Position numbers and translations under genes: made by a program. The notes under the pieces were generated by a model, which was given only the letters and a program-made list of their open reading frames with translations, ran no database searches and was not told where the DNA came from. Below, one piece after another: positions 59,351-64,000 of a DNA stretch of 64,000 bases. The number at the start of each line of letters is the position of its first letter. Positions within the stretch are counted from its first letter, which is position 1. The stretch comes from Patescibacteria group bacterium (lineage in GTDB: Bacteria > Patescibacteriota > Minisyncoccia > Minisyncoccales > PWPS01), in assembly GCA_051745165.1 (NCBI GenBank), contig JBNJDU010000002.1, forward strand, positions 5,479 through 69,478, in the 5' to 3' direction.

Positions 59351-61441
59351 ATGAAATTATCTGATCCTATAGGAAAAGCGCCTAAAATAGGAGCAAAATA
59401 CAAAGCTAAACTTAAAAAAATGGAGATCCGAACTATAGGGGATCTCCTTTTCCATTTTCCTAGTAGATATGAAGACTTTTCTCAGATAACTAAAATTTCA
59501 AATCTCTCCCCAAAAAAACAAGCCACTATTAAGGGAGAAGTAAAAGTTATAAATTCTGGAAAAACATCGAAGAAAAAAATTCCTTATACTGAAGCTTTAC
59601 TTCAAGACGAAAGCGGTCCAATAAAAATTATTTGGTTTTATCAACCTTATTTAGCCAAAACAATAAAAAAAGGAGAAGAGATTTTTATTTCTGGTAAACC
59701 AAAGTATGGTAATGAAGGACTGCAATTTGTTAATCCTTCTTACGAAAAAGTTAAAAAAAATACTATTCATACTGGAGGTTTGGTTGCTATTTATCCAGAA
59801 ACTGAAGGGGTTTCTTCTAGATGGTTGAGATACGTAATAAAATCTCTTTTAGAAGAGTTCTCATCAAAAGTTACAGAAACTCTTCCTAGGCAAATTATAA
59901 AAAAATATAATTTATTACCTATATCGAAGGCACTTAGAAAGATACATTTCCCCTCTTCTTGGGCTCAGGCAAAACAAGCTCAAAAAAGATTTGCATTCGA
60001 AAGACTTTTCTTTATTCAACTTGCTTCTTTAAAAAAGAGGATGAATATAAAAAGAGAGGACTCTACTCCTGTTGAGGTTGATATGGACTATGTTAAAGAT
60101 TTTGTAAGTTCACTGCCTTTCAATCTTACTGACCCACAAAGAAAATCAGCTTGGCAGATATTGCAAGATATACAAAAACCCCATCCGATGAATAGGCTCT
60201 TAGAGGGTGATGTAGGTTCCGGAAAAACAGTAGTAGCTGCAATAGCTACTCTAGCTACAACTAAAGGAAGTTACCAAGTAGCTTTTATGGCCCCAACAGA
60301 AGTGTTAGCAACTCAACACTTTAAAAAAATCTCCACCATGCTAGAAGGTTTTCGCTTGAATATAGGATTCCTAACTGGAAAAAAAGATAAGTTTAAATCT
60401 AAGAAATTAAAAAATCAATTTATTGAAATTTCTAGAGAAAAATTATTGGAAAAAGTAGAAGATGGAGAGATGGATATACTGATTGGAACTCATGCCCTAA
60501 TACAAGACAAGGTAACCTTTGACAGATTAGGACTAGTTATAGTTGATGAGCAACACAGATTTGGAGTGAAACAGCGCGCTAAACTCTGTAAAAAAGATGT
60601 TATTCCTCACCTTCTTTCAATGACTGCCACTCCAATCCCTAGAACTTTAGCCTTAACTCTTTATGGAGATCTAGACATATCAATTATTGATGAACTTCCC
60701 GCTGGTCGTAAAAAAATAAAAACAGAAGTGGTAAATGAGAAGAAAAGAAACGAAGTTTATTCTTTTACTGAAAAAGAGCTAAATAAAGGTAGACAGGTTT
60801 TTGTAATTTGTCCTCGAATAGAAGAATCAGATGAAGATGACAAAACAGCTTGGGCAGAAGTAACCTCGGTTGAAGAAACCACAAAAAAACTTAAAAAAGA
60901 ATTCTCTGAATATACAGTTGAGCCATTACATGGAAATTTATCCTCAACAAAGAAGGCAAAAATAATGGAAAGATTTAAAAATAAAAAGATTGATATTTTA
61001 GTTTCAACCTCGGTTATTGAAGTTGGAGTTGATATTCCCAATGCAACAGTAATGATTATCGAAAGCGCAGAGATGTTTGGATTAGCTCAGCTACATCAAT
61101 TTAGAGGCCGAGTTGGACGAAGTGATTATCAGTCCTATTGCTTTCTCTTTTCAGGGTCAAATTCAGAAAAATCAAGAAAAAGACTTAAAGCTTTAGTTGA
61201 ATCAGAAGATAGTTTTGAATTAGCTGAAAGAGATTTAGAGTTGCGTGGTCCAGGAGATTTAGCTGGTAAAAGGCAGTGGGGAGTGGCAAGCTTTACAATG
61301 GAAGCTCTAAAAAATAGAAAGCTTGTTCAAGAAACAAAAGAAGCAGCAAAAGATATTTTAGAAAGTGATTATAATTTAAGTAATCATAAATTAATAAAAA
61401 AGAAACTAAAATCAGTGGAAAGAAATCTTCATTTTGAATAA
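59351..61441 (+). CDS. recG: ATP-dependent DNA helicase RecG
   Basis: GDVGSGKT, DEQHRFG, TATPIPRT, QLHQFRGRVGR. Confidence 0.98.
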   Translation: MKLSDPIGKAPKIGAKYKAKLKKMEIRTIGDLLFHFPSRYEDFSQITKISNLSPKKQATIKGEVKVINSGKTSKKKIPYTEALLQDESGPIKIIWFYQPYLAKTIKKGEEIFISGKPKYGNEGLQFVNPSYEKVKKNTIHTGGLVAIYPETEGVSSRWLRYVIKSLLEEFSSKVTETLPRQIIKKYNLLPISKALRKIHFPSSWAQAKQAQKRFAFERLFFIQLASLKKRMNIKREDSTPVEVDMDYVKDFVSSLPFNLTDPQRKSAWQILQDIQKPHPMNRLLEGDVGSGKTVVAAIATLATTKGSYQVAFMAPTEVLATQHFKKISTMLEGFRLNIGFLTGKKDKFKSKKLKNQFIEISREKLLEKVEDGEMDILIGTHALIQDKVTFDRLGLVIVDEQHRFGVKQRAKLCKKDVIPHLLSMTATPIPRTLALTLYGDLDISIIDELPAGRKKIKTEVVNEKKRNEVYSFTEKELNKGRQVFVICPRIEESDEDDKTAWAEVTSVEETTKKLKKEFSEYTVEPLHGNLSSTKKAKIMERFKNKKIDILVSTSVIEVGVDIPNATVMIIESAEMFGLAQLHQFRGRVGRSDYQSYCFLFSGSNSEKSRKRLKALVESEDSFELAERDLELRGPGDLAGKRQWGVASFTMEALKNRKLVQETKEAAKDILESDYNLSNHKLIKKKLKSVERNLHFE

Positions 61442-61465
61442 AAAATCCGCCTATTGGCGGTTTTT
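61441..61465. terminator. Terminator after recG
   Basis: CCGCC-TATT-GGCGG flanked by A and T runs. Confidence 0.75.
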
Positions 61466-61524
61466 ATTTAAAGTTATATTATGTTAAAATTAACTACTTT
61501 ACGAATGCCTTTCCTTAAAATGAA

Positions 61525-61657
61525 AATACCCTCTTTGAAGAAGTCCGCGGAGCTGATTTAGCAAGGTTTTTGGCCTTGCCAAAATAAATCAGCGAGCGAA
61601 CAACCTCCGAATCACCGCTGGTGATTCTTGAGAGGTGTTTCTTCAAAAGAGGGTATT
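61525..61657 (-). ncRNA. Multi-stem structured repeat, copy 2
   Basis: Minus strand AATACCCTCTTTTGAAGAA...ACCTC-TCAA-GAATCACC-AGC-GGTGATTC-G-GAGGT...GCTGATTTA...TAAATCAGC...TTCTTCAAAGAGGGTATT. Confidence 0.7.
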
Positions 61658-61666
61658 GAATGAATG

Positions 61667-61741
61667 TGACCCCGACGAGATTTGAACTCGTGTTACTAGG
61701 ATGAAAACCTAGCGTCCTGGGCCAAGCTAGACGACGGGGCC
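61667..61741 (-). tRNA. tRNA-Glu(TTC)
   Basis: CTAGG-TTTTCAT-CCTAG anticodon arm. Confidence 0.95.
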
Positions 61742-61818
61742 ATTTATTCAATTTTAATTTATGGTCTAAAACCAAGTTCTGTTGTAGTATAATGAAATAT
61801 TAAAAAAAATCAAGTCCA

Positions 61819-62916
61819 ATGAAAATATTAGCAATTGAAACCTCTTGTGATGATACTTGTGTAGCAATACTCGAAGAAAAAAATAAGGAAAATCGTTTTT
61901 TATCTTCAGTAGTTTCTTCACAAATTGAAATTCATAGAGAATGGGGCGGAGTTTATCCTACCCTAGCAAAAAGAGAGCACCAGAAAAATCTAGTTCCCGT
62001 TTTAGAAAAATCTCTTAAAGAAGCAAATTTATTAAAAAAGGGAAATTCTTATAAAAATATTTCTAAAATTTTAGAAAGAGAAGAAGATTTAGCTAACAAT
62101 CTAAAGGATTTTCTAAAAAAATATAACAAACCGGATATTGATTATTTGGCTGTAACTATAGGTCCTGGATTAGACCCTTCTTTATGGGCAGGTATAAACT
62201 TTGCAAAAGCATTATCTTTTGCATGGGATGTGCCGGTTATACCAATAAATCATATAAAAGCTCACTTTTTTGCCCCTCTAGTTTTAAAAAATGGGAAGCT
62301 TCCTGCAGTTTCTCTACTAGCTAGCGGAGGTCACACTCAATTAATAGTTTCTCAAGACTTAAGTTCACATAAAGTAATTGGCAAAACTAGAGATGACGCA
62401 GCTGGAGAATGTTTTGATAAGACAGCTAGAATTTTAGGATTAGACTATCCTGGAGGACCAGAGATAGCAAAATTAGCTGAAAAAGATACAAATTTAGAGA
62501 TAAGTCTACCAAGACCAATGCTAAAGTCTGATAATTATGATTTTAGCTTCTCGGGTTTAAAAACAGCTGTTTTATATAGGTGGAGAGACGAAAAAGATAA
62601 GTCTGAAGATTTTAAGATAGCAATGGCAAAAGAGATTCAAGAAGCTATTACAGATGTTTTAGTAGAAAAAACATTTAAAGCAGTAGAAGAATTTAAAGTC
62701 AAAACAGTCGTTGTCGGCGGAGGTGTCTCCGCCAACTTAACTCTTAGAAAAAAGATAAAAGAAAAAGGAAAAAACTTAAAAGTTATACTTCCCGATTTGG
62801 ATTTTTCGACAGATAACGCTAAAATGATTGCGGTGACCGCTCTTTATGAAAAAAATAAGTCACAGACATTGGACTGGAAATCGTTAGAATCAAACCCTAA
62901 CCTTAAAATTAACTAA
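61819..62916 (+). CDS. tsaD: t6A synthase TsaD
   Basis: LAIETSCDDT, NHIKAH, SGGHT, DDAAGE, TDNAKMIA. Confidence 0.97.
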   Translation: MKILAIETSCDDTCVAILEEKNKENRFLSSVVSSQIEIHREWGGVYPTLAKREHQKNLVPVLEKSLKEANLLKKGNSYKNISKILEREEDLANNLKDFLKKYNKPDIDYLAVTIGPGLDPSLWAGINFAKALSFAWDVPVIPINHIKAHFFAPLVLKNGKLPAVSLLASGGHTQLIVSQDLSSHKVIGKTRDDAAGECFDKTARILGLDYPGGPEIAKLAEKDTNLEISLPRPMLKSDNYDFSFSGLKTAVLYRWRDEKDKSEDFKIAMAKEIQEAITDVLVEKTFKAVEEFKVKTVVVGGGVSANLTLRKKIKEKGKNLKVILPDLDFSTDNAKMIAVTALYEKNKSQTLDWKSLESNPNLKIN

Positions 62917-62939
62917 AAAATTTGCTATACTAGATTATT

Positions 62940-64000
62940 ATGGATATACCAAAAGCATACAAACCAAATAAAAAAGAGGACGGAATTTACAAGCTTTGGG
63001 AGGAAACTGGTTACTTTAACCCAGAAAACCTACCGGATAGACACAGCGAACCTTTTTCTATCCTTATGCCTCCTCCAAACGCCAATGATCCCTTGCATAT
63101 TGGCCACGCACTTTTCATTACTCTTCAAGATATAATGATTCGATACAACCGAATGAATGGTAAAAAGGCTTTGTGGCTTCCCGGTGCTGATCATGCCGGA
63201 TTTGAGACTCAAATTGTTTTTGAAAGAAAATTAGAGGAGAAAGGAAAAACAAGATTAGATATGGAACGTGATGAATTTTACGAAAAAGTGTGGGACTATA
63301 CTCAAGAAAATAGAGACCTGGTTCGGAACCAAATTAAAAAATTAGGAGCTTCTTGTGATTGGAGTAAAGATACTTTCACACTTGACGACAAAGTAGTTAA
63401 CACTACCTACAAAACATTTAAAAAAATGGCCGATGAAGGTCTAATTTATAGAAGAAAGCGATTAGTTAATTACTGCACTCACCATCAAACTGCTTTTTCT
63501 GATTTAGAGGTTGAGCATGAAGAAAGAACTTCTCCACTTTACTATATAAAATATGGTCCTTTTATTCTCGCGACTACCAGACCTGAAACTAAATTTGGAG
63601 ACACAGCGATTGCTGTTCATCCTGATGATAGAAGATATAGAAAGTACGTCGGTAAAGAAATTCAAATAAACACTTTACTTGGAGAAAGAAAAATTAAAGT
63701 AATAGCTGATGAAGCGGTTGATCAAGAGTTTGGTACTGGAGCAGTAAAAGTAACTCCGGCCCACTCTGAAGTTGATTATGAAATATGGCAAAGACACAAA
63801 GATGAAATGCCTGAACCTATAGAAGTTATTAATAAAGAAGGAAAAATGACTTCTGCTGCCGGACCGTACGAAGGAATGCCAGTTAAAAAAGCTAGAAAAA
63901 AAGTTGCTGAAGATATGAGAGAGCAAGGAACACTGCAAAGAATTGATGAAGAATACGAACATAATATGTCTGTTTGTTATAAATGCGGAAAAGAAATAGA
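62940..64000 (+). CDS. valS: Valyl-tRNA synthetase (partial, runs off the window)
   Basis: Not in ORF track. Manual translation MDIPKAYKP...MPPPNANDPLHIGHAL...WLPGADHAG...ATTRPET...FGTGAVKVTPAH. Confidence 0.97.
   Translation, partial: MDIPKAYKPNKKEDGIYKLWEETGYFNPENLPDRHSEPFSILMPPPNANDPLHIGHALFITLQDIMIRYNRMNGKKALWLPGADHAGFETQIVFERKLEEKGKTRLDMERDEFYEKVWDYTQENRDLVRNQIKKLGASCDWSKDTFTLDDKVVNTTYKTFKKMADEGLIYRRKRLVNYCTHHQTAFSDLEVEHEERTSPLYYIKYGPFILATTRPETKFGDTAIAVHPDDRRYRKYVGKEIQINTLLGERKIKVIADEAVDQEFGTGAVKVTPAHSEVDYEIWQRHKDEMPEPIEVINKEGKMTSAAGPYEGMPVKKARKKVAEDMREQGTLQRIDEEYEHNMSVCYKCGKEI

Noticed and set aside
61515-61775. 86-aa ORF
   Set aside because: It runs through tRNA-Glu and the structured element.

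Overview
This is a low-GC, gene-dense chromosome segment that translates in standard code 11. Gene content points to a monoderm Patescibacteria/CPR (Parcubacteria-like) bacterium: rpsF-ssb-rpsR, short rpoB/rpoC, a type IV pilus cluster without pilQ, cupin-type GPI and tRNAs without encoded CCA. The acidic proteins hint at a saline habitat; both taxon and habitat are inference. Most of the window is housekeeping: rpoD, dnaG, groESL, secG, rnj, trpS, pmm, recA, ftsK, rpoBC, rodA, ligA, pil genes, recG, tsaD, valS and 7 tRNAs, plus a glycosyltransferase/B12-radical-SAM operon and an ArsR/ArsP operon. Two things stand out. (1) Positions 1-8979 hold a large serine recombinase whose C-terminus reads into the 3' end of tRNA-Asn. 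Leftward lie repeated att-like junctions (tRNA 3' end + terminator + promoter on one side, an alternative in-frame recombinase C-terminal tail on the other) that delimit recombinase-free cassettes of mostly surface-protein genes. This looks like an integron-like, tRNA-anchored cassette array. (2) A ~130-nt multi-stem element occurs three times (29799, 31114, 61525) with compensatory changes in every stem. Each copy starts 8-9 nt after a gene end in the sense orientation, making it a candidate undescribed structured RNA or ssDNA mobile element. Everything was read by eye and no searches were run.
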